Source: Verrucomicrobiota bacterium (GTDB lineage: Bacteria; Verrucomicrobiota; Verrucomicrobiia; Chthoniobacterales; UBA10450). Taken from it: a DNA stretch of 39,253 nucleotides. The stretch lies in NCBI GenBank assembly GCA_003218915.1, contig QHPC01000016.1:1-39253 (forward strand). The letters are read 5' to 3'. Below the pieces are notes generated by a model. The model was not told the origin of the DNA. It saw nothing but the letters and a program-made list of their open reading frames with translations, and searched no databases. The position numbers and the translations under genes are program-made. Shown here one piece after another: positions 1 through 6,979 of the stretch. Every line of letters starts with the position of its first letter. Position 1 is the stretch's first letter.

Positions 1-2
1 AT

Positions 3-488
3 CCCGATCTGATCTCGTTAAAGGCCGGCATTTACCAGGCCCAGGGAAATTTGGAGCAAGCCGCAAGCCTCTTATCAGAAATATCCGTGCAGACTCCATT
101 TGAGAACGCCTTCTTTGTTAAGGTGACTCAGTTAAGACTTGAACGGAATTACGCTGAGGCCATTCGATTGCTGCAAACCCGACTTGCGCAATTCAAGTTC
201 ACTTCTGAGATCTACAAGGGTGCTACTCAGATTTACCTGGCTATCGCTCAGCGCCTTGCCGGCAACGCTGCCGACGCAAAATTCGTCGCTGAACAGGCTC
301 GCTACACGCTGGAACCGCTCTGCAAAAATCAACCAGATAACTCTAACTTTTCGGAGTGGCTGGCTCTGGCTTATGCAGTCTTGGGTGACACGGAGCCAGC
401 TGTAAAGGAGGCGGAACGGGCTATCATGCTTCTACCAAGTGGCAAGGATGCCGTGGACGGCCCAGGCACTGAAGAGAATCTGGCGTGA
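3..488 (+). CDS. TPR-repeat protein, C-terminal portion (5' end upstream of the window); stops at an in-frame TGA
   Basis: The frame is open from base 3 (PDLISLKAGIYQAQGNLEQAASLL...). It has TPR-like helical repeats (YAEAIRLLQ, WLALAYAVLGDTEPAVKEAERAI). The TTG at 51 in the ORF track is only the first start-like codon of an ORF cut by the window edge. Confidence 0.7.
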   Translation, partial: PDLISLKAGIYQAQGNLEQAASLLSEISVQTPFENAFFVKVTQLRLERNYAEAIRLLQTRLAQFKFTSEIYKGATQIYLAIAQRLAGNAADAKFVAEQARYTLEPLCKNQPDNSNFSEWLALAYAVLGDTEPAVKEAERAIMLLPSGKDAVDGPGTEENLA

Positions 489-677
489 GTCCAGACGATC
501 TTTGGCGCGAATAGCGGCGCGATCGCAACCCTCGGGCAGCTGTTACAAAAGCCGTTTCAAAGCCAGTTTTATGGCCCCATGCCTCTTACATCGGCATTTC
601 TAAGGCTTGATCCGCTCTGGGACTCCTTGCGCGACGATCCCGGCTTTCGAGAACTCTGTGACGAAAAGCAGCTGTAG
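489..677 (+). pseudogene. In-frame continuation of the TPR gene past TGA(486-488): 62 sense codons, then TAG(675-677)
   Basis: My own translation in the same frame gives VQTIFGANSGAIATLGQLLQKPFQSQFYGPMPLTSAFLRLDPLWDSLRDDPGFRELCDEKQL*. The LRLDPxWDxLRxDPxF tail is one I recognise from the C-termini of many bacterial TPR proteins. The TAG lies 10 nt before the convergent rsmE stop. Confidence 0.5.
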
Positions 678-687
678 AGCCTGCACT

Positions 688-1440
688 TTATATCAGCAAT
701 TCGTAGGAGAGAATACTCAGGCAATAGATCGCTGCGGTTTCCACTCGCAGGATGATCGGGCCGAGCGTAATTGGCTGGCAGCCGTGACGACGCGCGAGCG
801 CAAGTTCCGCAGGCGTGAAATCGCCTTCGGGTCCAACAAGCATCAAGACACTGCGAGGAGGACGTTGATGTTCATTCGAGTAGTCTGCGAGAACCTGCTT
901 TAGGTGCCGCGCACCCGGCTGGAGCGATCCGATCAGTTGCAGGTCGAATGACTCCGCCGCCGCCACGGAAAAGAATTCTGAAAGTTTTCTCGGCGCATGT
1001 ACGTGCGGCAGCCAGTTCTGGCCGCATTGTTTGGCCGCCTCGACTGCGATTTGCTGCCATCTCGACTGTTTTTGCGCCGCGCTTTCGGAACCGAGCTGCA
1101 CAATCGTGCGATCGGAAATGATCGGCGCAATTTCCGTGGCGCCAATCTCGACAGCCTTTTGCACAATCAGGTCCATGTTTTTTCCCTTTGGGATTGCCTG
1201 TCCGAGAAGGATCCGGCACTGCAGCGGTGGTGTTTCCGCTTCATGCAATTTTCTCAATTGAATTTGATCGCAGCCAAGATCGACGATTTCCGCGGTGATT
1301 TCGCGTCCACGTCCATTGAAGATGACAAGTTTCTCCCCCACCCTCATGCGCAGGACGTCGCGCGCGTGGTGTGCTTCCGCCCCAGCTAACCCGAGTGCGC
1401 CGGGATTCCAATCCTCCGGCGAAATATAGAAGCGATGCAT
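688..1440 (-). CDS. rsmE: 16S rRNA (uracil1498-N3)-methyltransferase RsmE
   Basis: It has the typical RsmE N-terminus (MHRFYI...AHHARDVLRMRVGE) and the C-terminal SPOUT motif (VGPEGDFTPAE...LGPIILRVETA). I chose the ATG at 1440 rather than the ORF-track start at 1467. Confidence 0.9.
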   Translation of the reverse strand: MHRFYISPEDWNPGALGLAGAEAHHARDVLRMRVGEKLVIFNGRGREITAEIVDLGCDQIQLRKLHEAETPPLQCRILLGQAIPKGKNMDLIVQKAVEIGATEIAPIISDRTIVQLGSESAAQKQSRWQQIAVEAAKQCGQNWLPHVHAPRKLSEFFSVAAAESFDLQLIGSLQPGARHLKQVLADYSNEHQRPPRSVLMLVGPEGDFTPAELALARRHGCQPITLGPIILRVETAAIYCLSILSYELLI

Positions 1441-1488
1441 GTGACCTATAGAACTAATAGGACCCATGGGACAAGCAATCTGATTTCC

Positions 1489-2352
1489 TTACTGGTAGTC
1501 GGAGGCGATGAGCGAATTCATCGCCAGCACACCCGTCAGCGATCGGCTAATCGGCAGTTCTATCCCGCGCTCTTGAAGCGCTGCAATGACGCTCTCGGTG
1601 GGAATGTTTCCGACCAGCGCGTCCTGCGCGAAGGGGCATCCTCCAAGACCACCGATGGCCGAATCGATTCGCCGACACCCTGCATCATAGGCAGCGAGCA
1701 CTTTGGTCGCGGCTTCCCCTGGCACGCCGTGAAGATGCACGCCAATATCGTAATCGGCGTACTCGTTCGTGATCGATTGTACCACACGGCGAATCAGATC
1801 AGCGGCGGCAACGCCGACGGTGTCAGCCAGCGAAATTGATCGGATACCGAGCGCTGCCAGTTTCGCTACCGCCTGGCGCAGCTCATTTTCATCCCACGGA
1901 TCGCGGTACGGATTGCCAAACGCCATCGAAATATAAACGACCATGGCCAGCCCGGCTGCATCAGCTCTCGTCTTAATCGATTCCAACGCTTTGTATGAGT
2001 CTTCGAATGTTTGGTTTTGATTTTTGCGCAGGAATGTCTCAGAAATGGAAAAAGGATAGCCCAGAGTCGTAACAGCTCCGGTTGCAATGGCACGGTCGAC
2101 TCCCTTGTCGTTTACCACGATGCCGATGATTTCAACATTGCCTGGCACCTCTAGTTGCTCCAGGACCTTCTCGCTATCGGCCATCTGTGGAACAGCTTTG
2201 GGAGAAACAAAGCTTACTGCATCGATGTGCTTAAAGTCTGCAGCGATCAGAGCACGAAGGTAACGCGCCTTAAGTTTTGTTGGGATTTGTCGCTTGAGAC
2301 CCTGCCACGCGTCACGCGGACACTCGATCAGTTTGACGGCATTATGAAACAC
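1489..2352 (-). CDS. HMG-CoA lyase-like (HMGL family) aldolase/lyase
   Basis: CPRDAWQG near the N-terminus, HLHG and GLGGCPFA motifs, typical of the hydroxymethylglutaryl-CoA lyase TIM-barrel family. Confidence 0.85.
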   Translation of the reverse strand: MFHNAVKLIECPRDAWQGLKRQIPTKLKARYLRALIAADFKHIDAVSFVSPKAVPQMADSEKVLEQLEVPGNVEIIGIVVNDKGVDRAIATGAVTTLGYPFSISETFLRKNQNQTFEDSYKALESIKTRADAAGLAMVVYISMAFGNPYRDPWDENELRQAVAKLAALGIRSISLADTVGVAAADLIRRVVQSITNEYADYDIGVHLHGVPGEAATKVLAAYDAGCRRIDSAIGGLGGCPFAQDALVGNIPTESVIAALQERGIELPISRSLTGVLAMNSLIASDYQ

Positions 2353-2367
2353 AGAGACACCGGGGTC

Positions 2368-3507
2368 CTATTTGAAAAATTCCTTCGCGCGTTCGAAAAA
2401 ACTCCTGCGCAGAGGCGTGTTTTCGTCACCGCAAAGCTCTGCGAATTCCTCAAGCTTGCGACGTTGTTGCGCGTTCAGGCGCGACGGCACTTCGACAATT
2501 AAACGTGCGAACAGATCGCCACGCCCGCGCCCGTTGACGTTTGTAACTCCTTTGCCGCGCAGTTTAAAGATTTGCCCGCTTTGCGTGCCGGAGGGCACTT
2601 TCAGGTGCGCCCTGCCTTCAAGCGTCGGCACATCAATCTCGCCGCCCAAGGTGGCAACAGAAAAAGGGATCGGCACTTCACAATACAGATCATCGCCTTC
2701 GCGCTGAAAAATCTTATGCTCCTTAATATGTATGACAACATAAAGGTCGCCCGGAGGACCACCGCGAGTGCCCGCCTCACCGTTGCCTAACGAGCGCAAG
2801 CGTGAGCCCTCCCTGATTCCAGCCGGTATTTTCAGTTTAACGCGGCTCAAATTTTCCACGCGCCCTTCGCCCCGGCATTTCTGACACGGTTTCTCAGCGA
2901 CTTCGCCAGCACCGCGGCAGCGAGGACACGTCTGCGAAACGTGAAAAAATCCGCGGGAACTAATCACCTGTCCACGGCCGCCACATGTAGAACACGTAAT
3001 CGTGCGCGACCCTGGCTCTGCGCCGCTGCCCTTGCACTTGTCGCAGGTGTCGAGTTTCGCGATCTCAATCTCTTTCTCGGCGCCAGACGCTGCCTCCTCC
3101 AGCTTGATCTGCATGTCGTAACGCAAATCGGATCCGCGCCTTCGATCTTCTGCACGTTCGCCGCCTCCGAAGAATGTCTCGAAAATTCCGCCGCCGAATC
3201 CGCCGCCGCCGAAGACCTCCCGGAAAATCTCGAACGGATCGTGGAAAACACCGCCGCCGAAACCAGCGCCACCTGGCGCAAACGCCGTGTGGCCAAAGCG
3301 ATCGTAGGCAGCGCGCTTGTTGGGATCGATCAAGACATCATACGCTTCACCTAACTCCTTGAACTTTTCCTCGGAGTGCAGGTCGTCCGGATTCTTATCT
3401 GGATGAAACTTGACCGCCAGCTTGCGATAGGCGCGTTTGACTTCCTCATCGGTGGCGCTTCGTTCAACGCCCAGCACTTCGTAGTAATCGCGTTTTTCAG
3501 TAGCCAT
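2368..3507 (-). CDS. dnaJ: Molecular chaperone DnaJ (type I: J domain, G/F region, four CxxCxG zinc-finger repeats)
   Basis: DYYEVLGV...HPDKN J domain, a GGGFGGG region, then [24 protein letters not shown] and CQKCRGEG. Confidence 0.97.
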   Translation of the reverse strand: MATEKRDYYEVLGVERSATDEEVKRAYRKLAVKFHPDKNPDDLHSEEKFKELGEAYDVLIDPNKRAAYDRFGHTAFAPGGAGFGGGVFHDPFEIFREVFGGGGFGGGIFETFFGGGERAEDRRRGSDLRYDMQIKLEEAASGAEKEIEIAKLDTCDKCKGSGAEPGSRTITCSTCGGRGQVISSRGFFHVSQTCPRCRGAGEVAEKPCQKCRGEGRVENLSRVKLKIPAGIREGSRLRSLGNGEAGTRGGPPGDLYVVIHIKEHKIFQREGDDLYCEVPIPFSVATLGGEIDVPTLEGRAHLKVPSGTQSGQIFKLRGKGVTNVNGRGRGDLFARLIVEVPSRLNAQQRRKLEEFAELCGDENTPLRRSFFERAKEFFK

Positions 3508-3594
3508 TTTCTAAATCCTACTGTTGCTCATGCTGATGCTCCGGGCTCGATAAATCGACATAGAGCACGAGCAAGAGCAGGAGGAGTTCCAGAG

Positions 3595-4164
3595 CTACTT
3601 TGCTCGGCCACTGGAAACAACCACTTTCGCAGGCCGCAGCAAACGGTCCTTCAACCGGTAACCGCGCCGGTTCTGGCGCACCACAATTCCTTCGGGGACT
3701 CGATCACTCGGCTCATGAGCGATAGCTTCGTGCGCGTTGGGGTCGAACGTTTTCCCCTCAGCCTCGATCGGTTGCAATCCATTTTCAGCTAGCAAATCGC
3801 TAAGTTGTTTTTGGACGAGAACCATTCCGGAATAAATGGGAGAGTCCGCGCCCTGCTCTTTTGCTGCCGCGAGGCCAAGCTCAAAATTGTCAATAATTCC
3901 CACCAGGCGCTCCAGTAAAGAGCTGTTGGCATATTTGATAGCATCTTCTTTTTCGCGCGCGGAGCGTTTCTTGTAATTCTCGAAGTCGGCCTGACTTCGC
4001 AACGCGAGATCGCGAAACCGGTCGAGGTCGGCTTGCAACCCAGCCATCGGATCGTCCTCGTTTTGCGCGGCATCGGGCCCAGGCGCAACGGATGAAGGGA
4101 CGGAACCTGACGACGCCGATTGTTTCATTTGTTTGTTTTGTTCAGTAACAGGAATTTTTTTCAT
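3595..4164 (-). CDS. grpE: Nucleotide exchange factor GrpE
   Basis: RSQADFENYKKRSAREKE, FDPNAHEA and GYRLKDRLLRPAKV motifs. Its ATG overlaps the stop of the upstream PP2C gene (ATGA at 4161-4164). Confidence 0.93.
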   Translation of the reverse strand: MKKIPVTEQNKQMKQSASSGSVPSSVAPGPDAAQNEDDPMAGLQADLDRFRDLALRSQADFENYKKRSAREKEDAIKYANSSLLERLVGIIDNFELGLAAAKEQGADSPIYSGMVLVQKQLSDLLAENGLQPIEAEGKTFDPNAHEAIAHEPSDRVPEGIVVRQNRRGYRLKDRLLRPAKVVVSSGRAK

Positions 4165-5600
4165 GTTTTACGAATCGCAATCAAAGTGATGTCGTCGTTT
4201 TGAGGAATCGAACCGGTAAAGTCGCGAACGTCCTCGATGATTTTCCTTACAATTGCTTGCGCCCCATTGGTCGCACTGGCACGAACCGACTGCATCATGC
4301 GCTCGAGGCCGAACTCGTCTCCCTCGGCGTTCAGCGTTTCGGTCACGCCGTCGGTGTAGAGAACCAGGCAATCGTCGCGTTCGAGCGGGACAGCGAAGTC
4401 AGTCGTTAGCCTATCAAACACACTACCACTGTCAATGCCCACGACCATCCCGGGGGATTTTATTGGCGTAACGGTGTCTGACTGGCGCTTGTAAAGCAAT
4501 GGAGCGTCGTGTCCTGCGCGCGCGAGCGTGACCCCATCACGTTGGTGGTTTAGGATCAGATACGCCATGCTGATAAACATGTCTTCCTTGATATCGGGGT
4601 AGAGCTGGCGGTTCACCTTTCGCAAAACATCGGCTGGAGACGGATTGCGAGCCGCCTCCGCACGCAGGACGCTGCGGCAAATCGCCATGATGAGCGATGC
4701 GGGCACGCCTTTGCCTGACACATCTGCGATGGCCACACCGAGGCGTTCTTCGTCGACCTGAATGTAATCGAAGTAATCGCCGCTCACCTGGCGGGCAGGC
4801 GCGTTAATGCCGCTAATTTGAAATCCGTTAATGGCCGGTGCTTCCGATGGAAGCAAAATGCGCTGAATGTCCCGGGCGATTTCAAGGTCGTGATCGAGTC
4901 GCTTCTTTTCGTTAGCCATGGAATAAATGATGGCGTTGTAGAGCGCAAAAGCGGATTGTTCGGCGATCGATTTAAAAACGACAAAATCTCCCTGCGAAAA
5001 AGGTTGGCCCCTCGGGCCCTGCGCCAGCGCCAGAACGCCCAAGTCCTGGTTTCCATATCGAAGTGACGCGGCCATGATCGACGCGCTCCCAAACGCGCTA
5101 CCACGCAATTTTGCTAGTTCCGGCGCCTCGGAAAATTCGGACATGCAAACGGACTGTCCTGTCTGCCAGACCCGTCCAATGAACCCCTCACCCGGGCTGA
5201 TCGTATGCAACCGTAGAAAGCTCTCGAGGGCGATGGGGGCAGCCGCCGCTTGTTGCAAGATATTCGGGGGAACCTCCACCAGCGGCGGAGAGCCTTTGGA
5301 GATAAACGCTGGAGTAAGTTTCCCGCCTGTTCGATCGGTGACGTAAAGCGCGCCGCCATGGGCATCTAGAACACGCGTAGCGCCTTCGACGATGAGTCGG
5401 TGCAACTCCTGAGGCCGAATGGTCTCCCGGAAGGCTTCGCCGAGGCCGTGTAAAAAATCGAAGACAAGCGTTTCCTCGACCTGAATTTCTTCATGAGAGC
5501 GCTCCAGCCTTCGAATCCGCCGTATCTGAAACCAAGCGGTAATAATCCATCCGGCGACAGACGCGACAAGCAGTCCGAGAAGAAGAGGCGGCCACATCAT
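4161..5600 (-). CDS. Membrane-anchored GAF-domain PP2C (SpoIIE/RsbU-type) serine phosphatase
   Basis: It has an N-terminal TM helix (WPPLLLGLLVASVAGWIITAWF) and a central GAF-like region. The C-terminal SpoIIE-type PP2C carries IARDIQ..LLP, GDYFDY, IADVSGKG, LYTDGVTE and NDDITLIAI. Confidence 0.88.
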   Translation of the reverse strand: MMWPPLLLGLLVASVAGWIITAWFQIRRIRRLERSHEEIQVEETLVFDFLHGLGEAFRETIRPQELHRLIVEGATRVLDAHGGALYVTDRTGGKLTPAFISKGSPPLVEVPPNILQQAAAAPIALESFLRLHTISPGEGFIGRVWQTGQSVCMSEFSEAPELAKLRGSAFGSASIMAASLRYGNQDLGVLALAQGPRGQPFSQGDFVVFKSIAEQSAFALYNAIIYSMANEKKRLDHDLEIARDIQRILLPSEAPAINGFQISGINAPARQVSGDYFDYIQVDEERLGVAIADVSGKGVPASLIMAICRSVLRAEAARNPSPADVLRKVNRQLYPDIKEDMFISMAYLILNHQRDGVTLARAGHDAPLLYKRQSDTVTPIKSPGMVVGIDSGSVFDRLTTDFAVPLERDDCLVLYTDGVTETLNAEGDEFGLERMMQSVRASATNGAQAIVRKIIEDVRDFTGSIPQNDDITLIAIRKT

Positions 5601-5612
5601 GCAGGGGCCAGC

Positions 5613-6128
5613 TTACTTCGAAGGCGTCTCGTGATGAAGGTCTTGTCTTAAGAAATCGAGAACGTCTTTAAAGCGAAAGATATTTTCCGGCGCGGCCTCG
5701 CAAAGCGCCTCATGTGCTTCCAGCATCGTCTCCGTTTGTTCCTTTTTCCTATCCGCGGGCGCCCGGACCGAAGGGCTTCGCTCGAGCGCTCCGCATTCAG
5801 GCGGACTGGCACCATTGCCACGAATATCGAATATCTGATCCAAGCCCAACCCGGAGAGAAGCTCCTGGCTGCGGTTTCCACAGTGAACGATATGAAGATG
5901 TCCGTGTCCCAGCTCTTTCAATCGAAGTGCCACGCTGGCCATCGTCCCCATGAATGTGGAGTCCATCATGGCGCAATCCGCCAGGTCCACCACAAATTCG
6001 CGATAACCGCGGTCCAACATCTCACGCGCGAACTCCTTGAGATTGCCGCTGTTGAGGAAACTACCTTTCCCCTCCACTTTCACCCATACGGTTGGGCCGC
6101 TCACCCCTACTTGAATAGATGAGTCCAC
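5613..6128 (-). CDS. STAS-domain protein (anti-sigma-factor-antagonist-like) with a roughly 70-aa C-terminal extension
   Basis: The STAS pattern is VWVKVEGKGSFLNSGNLKEF...VVDLADCAMMDSTFMGTM, with a conserved DS(T) serine (Ser57, codon 5958-5960). It has a GTG start at 6128 and sits 12 nt upstream of the PP2C gene. Confidence 0.8.
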   Translation of the reverse strand: MDSSIQVGVSGPTVWVKVEGKGSFLNSGNLKEFAREMLDRGYREFVVDLADCAMMDSTFMGTMASVALRLKELGHGHLHIVHCGNRSQELLSGLGLDQIFDIRGNGASPPECGALERSPSVRAPADRKKEQTETMLEAHEALCEAAPENIFRFKDVLDFLRQDLHHETPSK

Positions 6129-6141
6129 AGTTACTAGCTAA

Positions 6142-6171
6142 AAGATACCAGCCCGGAAGCCATGCTGTCAA
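6142..6171 (-). promoter_or_regulatory. Candidate sigma70-type promoter for the STAS-PP2C-grpE-dnaJ string
   Basis: On the minus strand: TTGACA (6171-6166), an 18-nt spacer whose last bases, TGG, give an extended -10, then TATCTT (6147-6142). The -10 ends only 13 nt before the GTG start, so the leader would be very short. Confidence 0.35.
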
Positions 6172-6275
6172 TGCTCGCCGGACCCGAGAAAACCTCAGGA
6201 AATGATTCGGAATCCGGAGCACGACAGGCCGCATTAGACAACATTAGCGGAGAGATGAGGCGCGCCCGTTGCATC

Positions 6276-6872
6276 TCACTCCCACATAAACGAGCGATTC
6301 TCCGCTACGATCCGGCCATTTTCGATTAACAGACACCGCCATGCGATTACTCGACCGTCGTCAAAATAGTCGTCTCCAATGACCTTGAATTCGGTCTTAT
6401 GAGTGCCACGCACATTTCGATATGAAATCTCCTGCGCCTGGATGTGCTCGTGCAGTTTCTCCTGGCGATATTCCAAACGCACTGTGATATCGGAGGGGCG
6501 CTTGGCCCGCCAGTAGAAATCGAGGTAATTGCCGAAACGCTGACGTTGGTCGAGTACCGTTACGGCTCCAAAGAGCCGATACTGGCGCTCAAAGGTAATG
6601 GGAGCATCCTGCATTGTTGCCGTTTTCTGGCCTGGCGAATTCGATTTTCCTCCAAGCGAGCTAGTTGTCTTCCGGGCGCCCTGGCCTGGTTTTGGCGGTT
6701 TATCGCTCAAGAAGAAGAGCTTCGTTTTTCGAAACTCGAAATCGTTGCTTAACGCCACCGGGAGCGGTGAGATTTTTTCCACGATTCTTGGTTCTACGCG
6801 CTCACGCGCAGCCTGACTGGGAGCAGCGATAGTCAAAGAGCTCAAAGCGAAGAGAGCACCAACAAACCTCAT
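6276..6872 (-). CDS. Secreted hypothetical protein
   Basis: Signal peptide MRFVGALFALSSLTIAAPSQA, with coding-like composition throughout. I recognise no family. I chose the ATG at 6872, which avoids overlap with the divergent gene. Confidence 0.6.
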   Translation of the reverse strand: MRFVGALFALSSLTIAAPSQAARERVEPRIVEKISPLPVALSNDFEFRKTKLFFLSDKPPKPGQGARKTTSSLGGKSNSPGQKTATMQDAPITFERQYRLFGAVTVLDQRQRFGNYLDFYWRAKRPSDITVRLEYRQEKLHEHIQAQEISYRNVRGTHKTEFKVIGDDYFDDGRVIAWRCLLIENGRIVAENRSFMWE

Positions 6873-6979
6873 TCGCCTAATAAAGCCGGATTTTGAATGG
6901 GGTGTCAACGAGCAACCGCACATCAAGCTTCTTTCGCTTCTATGGAATACACGCGAATCTGAAAGTAAATTTCGGTCCT

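Noticed and set aside
486-488. The in-frame TGA in the TPR gene as selenocysteine or genome-wide TGA recoding
   Set aside because: TGA is used as an ordinary stop by several well-supported genes here, including ones where it overlaps the next start (4161-4163, 26388-26390, 27411-27413, 32761-32763). I see no convincing SECIS-like hairpin just downstream, and the position is a helix residue of a TPR repeat, not a redox site.
3508-3594. A CIRCE (HrcA operator) or sigma32-type promoter upstream of dnaJ, and likewise upstream of the STAS gene at 6129-6275
   Set aside because: I could not find TTAGCACTC-N9-GAGTGCTAA-like inverted repeats or a CTTGAAA/CCCCAT pair in either region. Only a sigma70-like candidate near 6142-6171 is reported.
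6893-6979. Upstream TTG start that extends the nuclease-ligase ORF by 29 codons
   Set aside because: The extension (MNGVSTSNRTSSFFRFYGIHANLKVNFGP) is not protein-like and would overlap the ORF-track 5' extension (6873-6926) of the divergent gene. MIEVRYARG at ATG 6980 matches the usual N-terminus of MBL nucleases.
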